Assembly (NCBI GenBank): GCA_964247055.1
Contig: OZ176053.1
Coordinates: 13,640,001 to 13,704,000 of the forward strand
Origin: Paragordius varius
Lineage: Eukaryota > Animalia > Nematomorpha
DNA length: 64,000 nt
Reading direction: 5' to 3'
The notes under the pieces were generated by a model that ran no database searches, was not told the origin of the DNA, and worked only from the letters and a program-made list of their open reading frames with translations. Both the position numbers and the translations under genes were made by a program. Of the stretch, positions 38,601 to 53,600 are shown one piece after another (positions within the stretch are counted from its first letter, which is position 1; every line of letters starts with the position of its first letter).

Positions 38601-41600
38601 CTTAAAAATCGGATATTGGTCACCGGTGAATAAAATGATTTTTTATACATTCTCTTAGTAGGACTACATCAAAATATAGAGATAGTTTGGCAAACTCTTT
38701 CATATCCGATTTTTACAACGATACTTTAAAAATTAATGTATAAAACTAGTCGCATCAATACTAAAGTTAAACTTTGTCCTTAAAAATCGGATATTGGTCA
38801 CCGGTGAACAAAATAATTTTTTATACATTCTCTTAGTAAAACTACATCAAAATATAGAAATAGTTTGACAAACACTTTCATATCCGATTTTTACAACGAT
38901 ACTTTAAAAATTAATGTATTAAACTAGTCGCATCAATACTCAAGTTAAACTTTGTCCTTAAAAAACGGATATTGGTCACGGGTGAACAAAATTATTTTTT
39001 ATACATTCTCTTAGTAAGACTACATCAAATTATAGAGATAGTTTGACAAACTCTTTCATATCCGATTTTTACAATTAAACCAGTCGCATCAATACTCAAG
39101 TTAAACTTTGTCCTTAAAAATCGGATATTGGTCACCGGTGAACAAAATTATTTTTTATACATTCTCTTAGTAGGACTACATATAAATATAGAGATAGTTT
39201 GACAAACTCTTTCATATCCGATTTTTACAACGATACTTTAAAAATTAATGTATTAAACTAGTCGCATCAATACTCAAGTTAAACTTTGTCCTTAAAAATC
39301 GGATATTGGTCACCGGTGAACAAAATTATTTTTTATACATTCTCTTAGTAAGACTACATCAAAATATAGAGATTGTTTGACAAACTCTTTCATATCCGAT
39401 TTTAACAACGATACTTTATAAATTAATGTATAAAACTAGTCGTATCAATAAATCGCATCAATACTCAAGTTAAACTTTGTCCTTAAAAATCGGATATTGG
39501 TCACCGGTGAACAAAATTATTTTTTATACATTCTCTTAGTAGGACTACATCAAAATTAAGAAATAGTTTGGCAAACTCTTTCATATCCGATTTTTACAAC
39601 GATACTTTAAAAATTAATGTATAAAACTAGTCGCATCAATACTAAAGTTAAACTTTGTCCTTAAAAATCGGATATTGGTCACCGGTGAACAAAATAATTT
39701 TTTATACATTCTCTTAGTAAGACTACATCAAAATATAGAAATAGTTTGACAAACACTTTCATATCCGATTTTTACAACGATACTTTAAAAATTAATGTAT
39801 TAAACTAGTCGCATCAATACTCATGTTAAACTTTGTCCTTAAAAATCGGATATTGGTCACGGGTGAACAAAATTATTTTTTATTCATTCTCTTAGTAAGA
39901 CTACATCAAATTATAGAGATAGTTTGACAAACTCTTTCATATCCGATTTTTACAATTAAACCAGTCGCATCAATACTCAAGTTAAACTTTGTCCTTAAAA
40001 ATCGGATATTGGTCACCGGTGAACAAAATTATTTTTTATACATTCTCTTAGTAAAACTACATCAAAATATAGAGATAGTTTGACAAACTCTTTCAAACCC
40101 GATTTTTACAACGATACTTTAAAAATTAATGTGTTAAACTAGTCGCATCAATACTCAAGTTAAACTTTGTCCTTAAAAATCGGATATTGGTCACCGGTGA
40201 ACAAAATTATTTTTTATACATTCTCTTAGTAAGACTACATCAAAATATAGAGATAGTTTGACAAACCCTTTCATATCCGATTTTTACAACGATACTTTAA
40301 AAATTAATGTATAAAACTAGTCGTATCAATAAATCGCATCAATACTCAAGTTAAACTTTGTCCTTAAAAATCGGATATTGGTCACCGGTGAACAAAATTA
40401 TTTTTTATACATTCTCTTAGTAGGACTACATCAAAATTAAGAGATAGTTTGGCAAACTCTTTCATATCCGATTTTTACAACGATACTTTAAAAATTAATG
40501 TATAAAACTAGTCGCATCAATACTAAAGTTAAACTTTGTCCTTAAAAATCGGATATTGGTCACCGGTGAACAAAATAATTTTTTATACATTCTCTTAGTA
40601 AGACTACATCAAAATATAGAAATAGTTTGACAAACACTTTCATATCCGATTTTTACAACGATACTTTAAAAATTAATGTATTAAACTAGTCGCATCAATA
40701 CTCATGTTAAACTTTGTCCTTAAAAATCGGATATTGGTCACGGGTGAACAAAATTATTTTTTATACATTCTCTTAGTAAGATTACATCAAATTATAGAGA
40801 TAGTTTGACAAACTCTTTCATATCCGATTTTTACAATTAAACCAGTCGCATCAATACTCAAGTTAAACTTTGTCCTTAAAAATCGGATATTGGTCACCGG
40901 TGAACAAAATTATTTTTTATACAATCTCTTAGTAAGACTACATCAAAATATAGAGATTGTTTGACAAACTTTCATATCCGATTTTTACAACGATACTTTA
41001 TAAATTAATGTATAAAACTAGTCGTATCAATAAATCGCATCAATACTCAAGTTAAACTTTGTCCTTAAAAAACGGATATTGGTCACGGGTGAACAAAATT
41101 ATTTTTTATACATTCTCTTAGTAAGACTACATCAAATTATAGAGATAGTTTGACAAACTCTTTCATATCCGATTTTTAAAATTAAACCAGTCGCATCAAT
41201 ACTCAAGTTAAACTTTGTCCTTAAAAATCGGATATTGGTCACCGGTGAACAAAATTATTTTTTATACATTCTCTTAGTAGGACTACATATAAATATAGAG
41301 ATAGTTTGACAAACTCTTTCATATCCGATTTTTACAACGATACTTTAAAAATTAATGTATAAAACTAGTCGCATGATTACTCAAGTTAAACTTTGTCCTT
41401 AAAAATCGGATATTGGTCACCGGTGAACAAAATTATTTTTTATACATTCTCTTAGTACTACATCAAAATATAGAGATAGTTTGACAACTCTTTCATATCC
41501 GATTTTTACAACGATACTTTATAAATTAATGTATAAAACTAGTCGTATCAATAAATCGTATCAATACTCAAGTTAAACTTTGTCCTTAAAAATCGGATAT

Positions 41601-44600
41601 TGGTCACCGGTGAACAAAATTATTTTTTATACATTCTCTTAGTAGGACTACATCAAAATATAGAGATAGTTTGGCAAACTCTTTCATATCCGATTTTTAC
41701 AACGATACTTTAAAAATTAATGTATAAAACTAGTCGTATCAATAAATCGCATCAATACTCAAGTTAAACTTTGTCCTTAAAAATCGGATATTGGTCACCG
41801 GTGAACAAAATTATTTTTTATACATTCTCTTAGTAGGACTACATCAAAATATAGAAATAGTTTGGCAAACTCTTTCATATCTGATTTTTACAACGATACT
41901 TTAAAAATTAATGTGTTAAACTAGTCCCATCAATACTCAAGTTAAACTTTGTCCTTAAAAATCGGATATTGGTCACCGGTGAACAAAATTATTTTTTATA
42001 CATTGTCTTAGTAAGACTACATCAAAATATAGAGATAGTTTGACAAACTCTTTCATATCCGATTTTTACAACGATACTTTAAAAATAATGTGTTAAACTA
42101 GTCGCATCAATACTCAAGTTAAACTTTGTCCTTAAAAATCGGATATTGGTCACCGGTGAACAAAATTATTTTTTATACATTCTCTTAGTAAGACTACATC
42201 AAAATATATAGATAGTTTGACAAACTCTTTCATATCCGATTTTTACAACGATACTTTAAAAATTAATGTATAAAACTAGTCGCATGATTACTCAAGTTAA
42301 ACTTTGTCCTTAAAAATCGGATATTGGTCACCGGTGAACAAAATAATTTTTTATACATTCTCTTAGTAAGACTACATCAAAATACAGAGATAGTTTGACA
42401 AACTCTTTCATATCCGATTTTTACAACGATACTTTAAAAATTAATGTATTAAACTAGTCGCATCAATACTCAAGTTAAACTTTGTCCTTAAAAATCGGAT
42501 ATTGGTCACCGGTGAACAAAATTATTTTTTATACATTCTCTTAGTAGGACTACATCAAAATATAGAGATAGTTTGACAAACTCTTTCATATCCGATTTTT
42601 ACAATTAAACCAGTCGCATCAATACTCAAGTTAAACTTTGTCCTTAAAAATCGGATATTGGTCACCGGTGAACAAAATTATTTTTTATACATTCTCTTAG
42701 TAAGACTACATCAAAATATAGAGATAGTTTGACAAACTCTTGCATATCCGATTTTTACAACGATACTTTAAAAATTAATGTATAAAACTAGTCGCATGAT
42801 TACTCAAGTTAAACTTTGTCCTTAAAAATCGGATATTGGTCACCGGTGAACAAAATTATTTTTTATACATTCTCTTAGTAGGACTACATCAAAATATAGA
42901 GATAGTTTGGCAAACTCTTTCATATCCGATTTTTACAACGATACTTTAAAAATTAATGTATAAAACTAGTCGTATCAATAAATCGCATCAACACTCAAGT
43001 TAAACTTTGTCCTTAAAAATCGGATATTGGTCACCGGTGAACAAAATGATTTTTTATACATTCTCTTAGTAGGACTACATCAAAATATAGAGATAGTTTG
43101 GCAAACTCTTTCATATCTGATTTTTACAACGATACTTTAAAAATTAATGTGTTAAACTAGTCGCATCAATACTCAAGTTAAACTTTGTCCTTAAAAATCG
43201 GATATTGGTCACCGGTGAACAAAATTATTTTTTATACATTCTCTTAGTAGGACTACATCAAAATATAGAGATAGTTTGGCTAACTTTTTCATATCCGATT
43301 TTTACAACGATACTTTAAAAATTAATGTATAAAACTAGTCGTATCAATAAATCGCATCAATACTCAAGTTAAACTTTGTCCTTAAAAATCGGATATTGGT
43401 CACCGGTGAACAAAATTATTTTTTATACATTCTCTCAGTAAGACTACATCAAAATATAGAGATAGTTTGACAAACTCTTTCATATCCGATTTTTACAACG
43501 ATACTTTAAAAATAATGTGTTAAACTAGTCGCATCAATACTCAAGTTAAACTTTGTCCTTAAAAATCGGATATTGGTCACCGGTGAACAAAATTATTTTT
43601 TATACATTCTCTTAGTAAGACTACATCAAAATATAGAGATAGTTTGACAAACCCTTTCATATCCGATTTTTACAACGATACTTTAAAAATTAATGTATAA
43701 AACTAGTCGTATCAATAAATCGCATCAATACTCAAGTTAAACTTTGTCCTTAAAAATCGGATATTGGTCACCGGTGAACAAAATTATTTTTTATACATTC
43801 TCTTAGTAGGACTACATCAAAATTAAGAGATAGTTTGGCAAACTCTTTTATATCCGATTTTTACAACGATACTTTAAAAATTAATGTATAAAACTAGTCG
43901 CATCAATACTAAAGTTAAACTTTGTCCTTAAAAATCGGATATTGGTCACCGGTGAACAAAATAATTTTTTATACATTCTCTTAGTAAGACTACATCAAAA
44001 TATAGAAATAGTTTGACAAACACTTTCATATCCGATTTTTACAACGATACTTTAAAAATTAATGTATTAAACTAGTCGCATCAATACTCATGTTAAACTT
44101 TGTCCTTAAAAATCGGATATTGGTCACGGGTGAACAAAATTATTTTTTATACATTCTCTTAGTAAGATTACATCAAATTATAGAGATAGTTTGACAAACT
44201 CTTTCATATCCGATTTTTACAATTAAACCAGTCGCATCAATACTCAAGTTAAACTTTGTCCTTAAAAATCGGATATTGGTCACCGGTGAACAAAATTATT
44301 TTTTATACAATCTCTTAGTAAGACTACATCAAAATATAGAGATAGTTTGACAAACTCTTTCATATCCGATTTTTATAACGATACTTTAAAAATTAATGTA
44401 TAAAACTAGTCGCATGATTACTCAAGTTAAACTTTGTCCTTAAAAATCGGATATTGGTCACCGGTGAACAAAATTATTTTTTATGCATTCTCTTAGTACT
44501 ACATCAAAATATAGAGATAGTTTGACAAACTCTTTCATATCCGATTTTTACAACGATACTTTATAAATTAATGTATAAAACTAGTCGTATCAATAAATCG

Positions 44601-47600
44601 TATCAATACTCAAGTTAAACTTTGTCCTTAAAAATCGGATATTGGTCACCGGTGAACAAAATTATTTTTTATGCATTCTCTTAGTACTACATCAAAATAT
44701 AGAGATAGTTTGACAAACTCTTTCATATCCGATTTTTACAACGATACTTTATAAATTAATGTATAAAACTAGTCGTATCAATAAATCGTATCAATACTCA
44801 AGTTAAACTTTGTCCTTAAAAATCGGATATTGGTCACCGGTGAACAAAATTATTTTTTATACATTGTCTCAGTAAGACTACATCAAAATATAGAGATAGT
44901 TTGACAAACTCTTTCATATCCGATTTTTACAACGATACTTTAAAAATTAATGTATAAAACTAGTCGCATCAATACTAAAGTTAAACTTTGTCCTTAAAAA
45001 TCGGATATTGGTCACCGGTGAACAAAATAATTTTTTATACATTCTCTTAGTAAGACTACATCAAAATATAGAAATAGTTTGACAAACACTTTCATATCCG
45101 ATTTTTACAACGATACTTTAAAAATTAATGTATTAAACTAGTCGCATCAATACTCATGTTAAACTTTGTCCTTAAAAATCGGATATTGGTCACGGGTGAA
45201 CAAAATTATTTTTTATACATTCTCTTAGTAAGATTACATCAAATTATAGAGATAGTTTGACAAACTCTTTCATATCCGATTTTTACAATTAAACCAGTCG
45301 CATCAATACTCAAGTTAAACTTTGTCCTTAAAAATCGGATATTGGTCACCGGTGAACAAAATTATTTTTTATACAATCTCTTAGTAAGACTACATCAAAA
45401 TATAGAGATAGTTTGACAAACTCTTTCATATCCGATTTTTATAACGATACTTTAAAAATTAATGTATAAAACTAGTCGCATGATTACTCAAGTTAAACTT
45501 TGTCCTTAAAAATCGGATATTGGTCACCGGTGAACAAAATTATTTTTTATGCATTCTCTTAGTACTACATCAAAATATAGAGATAGTTTGACAAACTCTT
45601 TCATATCCGATTTTTACAACGATACTTTATAAATTAATGTATAAAACTAGTCGTATCAATAAATCGTATCAATACTCAAGTTAAACTTTGTCCTTAAAAA
45701 TCGGATATTGGTCACCGGTGAACAAAATTATTTTTTATACATTCTCTTAGTAGGACTACATCAAAATATAGAAATAGTTTGGCAAACTCTTTCATATCTG
45801 ATTTTTACAACGATACTTTAAAAATTAATGTGTTAAACTAGTCCCATCAATACTCAAGTTAAACTTTGTCCTTAAAAATCGGATATTGGTCACCGGTGAA
45901 CAAAATTATTTTTTATACATTCTCTTAGTAAGACTACATCAAAATATAGAGATAGTTTGACAAACTCTTTCATATCCGATTTTTACAACGATACTTTAAA
46001 AATAATGTGTAAAACTAGTCGCAGAAATACTCAAGTTAAACTTTGTCCTTAAAAATCGGATATTGGTCACCGGTGAACAAAATTATTTCTTATACATTCT
46101 CTTAGTAGGACTACATCAAAATATAGAGATAGTTTGGCAAACTCTTTCATATCCGATTTTTACAACGATACTTTAAAAATTAATGTATAAAACTAGTCGT
46201 ATCAATAAATCGCATCAATATTCAAGTTAAACTTTGTCCTTAAAAATCGGATATTGGTCACCGGTGAACAAAATTATTTTTTATACATTCTCTTAGTAAG
46301 ACTACATCAAAATATAGAGATAGTTTCACAAACTCTTTCATATCCGATTTTTACAACGAACTTTAAAAATTAATGTATAAAACTAGTCGCATGATTACTC
46401 AAGTTAAACTTTGTCCTTAAAAATCGGATATTGGTCACCGGTGAACAAAATTATTTTTTATACATTCTCTTAGTAAGACTACATCAAAATATAGAGATAG
46501 TTTGACAAACTCTTTCATATCCGATTTTTTCAACGATACTTTAAAAATTAATGTATAAAACTGGTCGCATGATTACTCAAGTTAAACTTTGTCCTTAAAA
46601 ATCGGATATTGGTCACCGGTGAACAAAATTATTTTTTATACATTCTCTTAGTAGGACTACATCAAAATATAGAGATAGTTTGACAAACTCTTTCATATCC
46701 GATTTTTACAATTAAACCAGTCGCATCAATACTCAAGTTAAACTTTGTCCTTAAAAATCGGATATTGGTCACCGGTGAACAAAATTATTTTTTATACATT
46801 CTCTTAGTAAGACTACATCAAAATATAGAGATAGTTTGACAAACTCTTTCATATCCGATTTTTACAACGATACTTTAAAAATTAATGTATAAAACTAGTC
46901 GCATGATTACTCAAGTTAAACTTTGTCCTTAAAAATCGGATATTGGTCACCGGTGAACAAAATTATTTTTTATACATTCTCTTAGTAGGACTACATCAAA
47001 ATATAGAGATAGTTTGACAAACTCTTTCATATCCGATTTTTACAACGATACTTTATAAATTAATGTATAAAACTAGTCGTATCAATAAATCGCATCAATA
47101 CTCAAGTTAAACTTTGTCCTTAAAAATCAGATATTGGTCACCGGTGAACAAAATTATTTTTTATACATTCTCTTAGTAGGACTACATCAAAATATAGAGA
47201 TGTTTGGCAAACTCTTTCATATCCGATTTTTACAACGATACTTTAAAAATTAATGTATAAAACTAGTCGTATCAATAAATCGCATCAACACTCAAGTTAA
47301 ACTTTGTCCTTAAAAATCGGATATTGGTCATCGGTGAACAAAATGATTTTTTATACATTCTCCTAGTAGGACTACATCAAAATATAGAGATAGTTTGGCA
47401 AACTCTTTCATATCTGATTTTTACAACGATACTTTAAAAATTAATGTGTTAAACTAGTCGCATCAATACTCAAGTTAAACTTTGTCCTTAAAAATCGGAT
47501 ATTGGTCACCGGTGAACAAAATTATTTTTTATACATTCTCTTAGTAGGACTACATCAAAATATAGAGATAGTTTGGCAAACTTTTTCATATCCGATTTTT

Positions 47601-50600
47601 ACAACGATACTTTAAAAATTAATGTATAAAACTAGTCGTATCAATAAATCGCATCAATACTCAACTTAAACTTTGTCCTTAAAAATCGGATATTGGTCAC
47701 CGGTGAACAAAATTATTTTTTATACATTCTCTCAGTAAGACTACATCAAAATATAGAGATAGTTTGACAAACTCTTTCATATCCGATTTTTACAACGATA
47801 CTTTAAAAATAATGTGTTAAACTAGTCGCATCAATACTCAAGTTAAACTTTGTCCTTAAAAATCGGATATTGGTCACCGGTGAACAAAATTATTTTTTAT
47901 ACATTCTCTTAGTAAGACTACATCAAAATATAGAGATAGTTTGACAAACTCTTTCATATCCGATTTTTACAACGATACTTTAAAAATTAATGTATAAAAC
48001 TAGTCGTATCAATAAATCGCATCAATACTCAAGTTAAACTTTGTCCTTAAAAATCGGATATTGGTCACCGGTGAACAAAATTATTTTTTATACATTCTCT
48101 TAGTAGGACTACATCAAAATATAGAGATAGTTTGGCAAACTCTTTCATATCCGATTTTTACAACGATACTTTAAAAATTAATGTATAAAACTAGTCGCAT
48201 CAATACTAAAGTTAAACTTTGTCCTTAAAAATCGGATATTGGTCACCGGTGAACAAAATAATTTTTGATACATTCTCTTAGTAAGACTACATCAAAATAT
48301 AGAGATAGTTTGACAAACTCTTTCATATCCGATTTTTACAACGATACTTTAAAAATTAATGTATTAAACTAGTCGCATCAATACTCAAGTTAAACTTTGT
48401 CCTTAAAAATCGGATATTGGTCACCGGTGAACAAAATTATTTTTTATAAATTCTCTCAGTAAGACTACATCAAAATATAGAGATAGTTTGACAAACTCTT
48501 TCATATCCGATTTTTACAACGATACTTTAAAAATAATGTGTTAAACTAGTCGCATCAATACTCAAGTTAAACTTTGTCCTTAAAAATCGGATATTGGTCA
48601 CCGGTGAACAAAATTATTTTTTATACATTCTCTTAGTAAGACTACATCAAAATATAGAGATAGTTTGACAAACTCTTTCATATCCGATTTTTACAACGAT
48701 ACTTTAAAAATTAATGTATAAAACTAGTCGTATCAATAAATCGCATCAATACTCAAGTTAAACTTTGTCCTTAAAAATCGGATATTGGTCACCGGTGAAC
48801 AAAATTATTTTTTATACATTCTCTTAGTAGGACTACATCAAAATATAGAGATAGTTTGGCAAACTCTTTCATATCCGATTTTTACAACGATACTTTAAAA
48901 ATTAATGTATAAAACTAGTCGCATCAATACTAAAGTTAAACTTTGTCCTTAAAAATCGGATATTGGTCACCGGTGAACAAAATAATTTTTGATACATTCT
49001 CTTAGTAAGACTACATCAAAATATAGAGATAGTTTGACAAACTCTTTCATATCCGATTTTTACAACGATACTTTAAAAATTAATGTATTAAACTAGTCGC
49101 ATCAATACTCAAGTTAAACTTTGTCCTTAAAAATCGGATATTGGTCACCGGTGAACAAAATAATTTTTTATACATTTTCTTAGCAAGACTACATCAAATA
49201 ATAGAGATAGTTTGACAAACTCTTTCATATCCGATTTTTACAACGTATCTTTATAAATTAATGTATAAAACTAGTCGTATCAATAAGTCGCATCAATACT
49301 CAAGTTAAACTTTGTCCTTAAAAATCGGATATTGGTCACCAGTGAACAAAATAATTTTTTATACATTCTCTTAGTAAGACTACATCAAAATATAGAGATA
49401 GTTTGACAAACTCTTTCATATCCGATTTTTACAACGATACTTTAAAAATTATGGTATTAAACCAGTCGCATCAATACTCAAGTTAAACTTTGTCCTTAAA
49501 AATCGGATATTGGTCACCGGTGAACAAAATTTTTTTTATACATTCTCTTAGTAGGACTACATATAAATATAGAGATAGTTTGGCAAACTCTTTCATATCC
49601 GATTTTTACAACAATACTTTAAAAATTGTTGTATAAAACTAGTCGCATGATTACTCAAGTTAAACTTTGTCCTTAAAAATCGGATATTGGTCACCGGTGA
49701 ACAAAATAATTTTTTATACATTCTCTTAGTAAGACTACATCAAAATATAGAGATAGTTTTGCAAACTCTTTCATATCCGATTTTTACAACGATACTTTAA
49801 AAATTAATGTATCAAACTAGTCGCATCAATACTCAAGTTAAACTTTGTCCTTAAAAATCGGATATTGGTCACCGGTGAACAAAATTTTTTTATACATTCT
49901 CTTAGTAGGACTACATATAAATATAGAGATAGTTTGGCAAACTCTTTCATATCCGATTTTAACAACGATACTTTATAAATTAATGTATAAAACTAGTCGT
50001 ATCAATAAGTCGCATCAATACTCAAGTTAAACTTTGTCCTTAAAAATCGGATATTGGTCACCGGTGAACAAAATAATTTTTTATATATCCTCTTAGTAAG
50101 ACTACATCAAAATATGAGATAGTTTGACAAACTCTTTCATATCCGATTTTTACAACGATACTTTAAAAATTATGGTATTAAACCAGTCGCATCAATACTC
50201 AAGTTAAACTTTGTCCTTAAAAATCGGATATTGGTCACCGGTGAACAAAATTTTTTTTATACATTCTCTTAGTAGGACTACATATAAATATAGAGATAGT
50301 TTGACAAACTCTTTCATATCCGATTTTTACAATTAAACCAGTCGCATCAATACTCAAGTTAAACTTTGTCCTTAAAAATCGGATATTGGTCACCGGTGAA
50401 CAAAATTATTTTTTATACATTCTCTTAGTAGGACTACATATAAATATAGAGATAGTTTGACAAACTCTTTCATATCCGATTTTTACAACGATACTTTAAA
50501 AATTAATGTATTAAACTAGTCGCATCAATACTCAAGTTAAACTTTGTCCTTAAAAATCGGATATTGGTCACCGGTGAACATAATTATTTTTTATACATTC

Positions 50601-53600
50601 TCTTAGTAAGACTACATCAAAATATAGAGATAGTTTGACAAACTCTTTCATATCCGATTTTTACAACGATACTTTAAAAATTATGGTATTAAACCAGTCG
50701 CATCAATACTCAAGTTAAACTTTGTCCTTAAAAATCGAATATTGGTCACCGGTGAACAAAATAATTTTTTTACATTCTCTTAGTAAGACTACATCAAAAT
50801 ATAGAGAATGTTTGACAAACTCTTTCATATCCGATTTTTACAACGATACTTTATAAATTAATGTATAAAACTAGTCGTATCAATAAATCGCATCAATACT
50901 CAAGTTAAACTTTGTCCTTAAAAATCGGATATTGGTCACCGGTAAACAAAATTATTTTTTATACATTCTCTTAGTAGGACTACATCAAAATATAGAGATA
51001 GTTTGGCAAACTCTTTCATATCCGATTTTTACAACGATACTTTATAATGCATAAAACTAGTCGCATCAATACTAAAGTTAAACTTTGTCCTTAAAAATCG
51101 GATATTGGTCACCGGTGAACAAAATAATTTTTTATACATTCTCTTAGTAAGACTACATCAAAATATAGAAATAGTTTGACAAACACTTTCATATCCGATT
51201 TTTACAACGATACTTTAAAAATTAATGTATTTAACTAGTCGCATCATAACTCATGTTAAACTTTGTCCTTAAAAATCGGATATTGGTCACGGGTGAACAA
51301 AATTATTTTTTATACATTCTCTTAGTAAGACTACATCAAATTATAGAGATAGTTTGACAAACTCTTTCATATCCGATTTTTACAATTAAACCAGTCGCAT
51401 CAATACTCAAGTTAAACTTTGTCCTTAAAAATCGGATATTGGTCACCGGTGAACAAAATTATTTTTTATACATTCTCTTAGTAAGACTACATCAAAATAT
51501 AGAGATTGTTTGACAAACTCTTTCACATCCGATTTTTACAACGATACTTTAAAAATTAATGTATAAAACTAGTCGTATCAATAAATCGCATCAATACTCA
51601 AGTTAAACTTTGTCCTTAAAAATCGGATATTGGTCACCGGTGAACAAAATTATTTTTTATACATTCTCTTAGTAGGACTGCATCAAAATTAAGAGATAGT
51701 TTGGCAAACTCTTTCATATCCGATTTTTACAACGATACTTTAAAAATTAATGTATAAAACTAGTCGCATCAATACTAAAGTTAAACTTTGTCATTAAAAA
51801 TCGGATATTGGTCACCGGTGAACAAAATAATTTTTTATACATTCTCTTAGTAAGACTACATCAAAATATAGAAATAGTTTGACAAACACTTTCATATCCG
51901 ATTTTTACAACGATACTTTAAAAATTAATGTATTAAACTAGTCGCATCAATACTCATGTTAAACTTTGTCCTTAAAAATCGGATATTGGTCACGGGTGAA
52001 CAAAATTATTTTTTATACATTCTCTTAGTAAGACTACATCAAATTATAGAGATAGTTTGACAAACTCTTTCATATCCGATTTTTACAATTAAACCAGTCG
52101 CATCAATACTCAAGTTAAACTTTGTCCTTAAAAATCGGATATTGGTCATCGGTGAACAAAATTATTTTTTATACATTCTCTTAGTAGGACTACATATAAA
52201 TATAGAGATAGTTTGACAAACTCTTTCATATCCGATTTTTACAACGATACTTTAAAAATTAATGTATTAAACTAGTCGCATCAATACTCAAGTTAAACTT
52301 TGTCCTTAAAAATCGGATATTGGTCACCGGTGAACAAAATTATTTTTTATACATTCTCTTAGTAAGACTACATCAAAATATAGAGATTGTTTGACAAACT
52401 CTTTCATATCCGATTTTTACAACGATACTTTATAAATTAATGTATAAAACTAGTCGTATCAATAAATCGCATCAATACTCAAGTTAAACTTTGTCCTTAA
52501 AAATCGGATATTGGTCACGGGTGAACAAAATTATTTTTTATACATTCTCTTAGTAAGACTACATCAAATTATAGAGATAGTTTGACAAACTCTTTCATAT
52601 CCGATTTTTACAATTAAACCAGTCGCATCAATACTCAAGTTAAACTTTGTCCTTAAAAATCGAATATTGGTCACCGGTGAACAAAATTATTTTTTATACA
52701 TTCTCTTAGTAAGACTACATCAAAATATAGAAATAGTTTGACAAACACTTTCATATCCGATTTTTACAACGATACTTTATAAATTAATGTATTAAACTAG
52801 TCGCATCAATACTCATGTTAAACTTTGTCCTTAAAAATCGGATATTGGTCACCGGTGAACAAAATTATTTTTTATACATTCTCTTAGTAGGACTACATCA
52901 AAATTAAGAGATAGTTTGGCAAACTCTTTCATATCCGATTTTTACAACGATACTTTAAAAATTAATGTATAAAACTAGTCGCATCAATACTCAAGTTAAA
53001 CTTTGTCCTTAAAAATCGGATATTGGTCACCGGTGAACAAAATTATTTTTTATACATTCTCTTAGTAAGACTACATCAAATTATAGAGATAGTTTGACAA
53101 ACTCTTTCATATCCGATTTTTACAATTAAACCAGTCGCATCAATACTCAAGTTAAACTTTGTCCTTAAAAATCGGATATTGGTCACCGGTGAACAAAATT
53201 ATTTTTTATACATTCTCTTAGTAGGACTACATATAAATATAGAGATAGTTTGACAAACTCTTTCATATCCGATTTTTACAACGATACTTTAAAAATTAAT
53301 GTATTAAACTAGTCGCATCAATACTCAAGTTAAACTTTGTCCTTAAAAATCGGATATTGGTCACCGGTGAACAAAATTATTTTTTATACATTCTCTTAGT
53401 AAGACTACATCAAAATATAGAGAATGTTTGACAAACTCTTTCATATCCGATTTTTACAACGATACTTTATAAATTAATGTATAAAACTAGTCGTATCAAT
53501 AAATCGCATCAATACTCAAGTTAAACTTTGTCCTTAAAAATCGGATATTGGTCACCGGTGAACAAAATTATTTTTTATACATTCTCTTAGTAGGACTACA

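Noticed and set aside
49845-50030. 61-aa ORF (MSLKIGYWSP...)
   Set aside because: It is a translation of one satellite monomer, opened by a short T-run and a tgg variant. There is no coding context, and nearly all sister monomers have stops.
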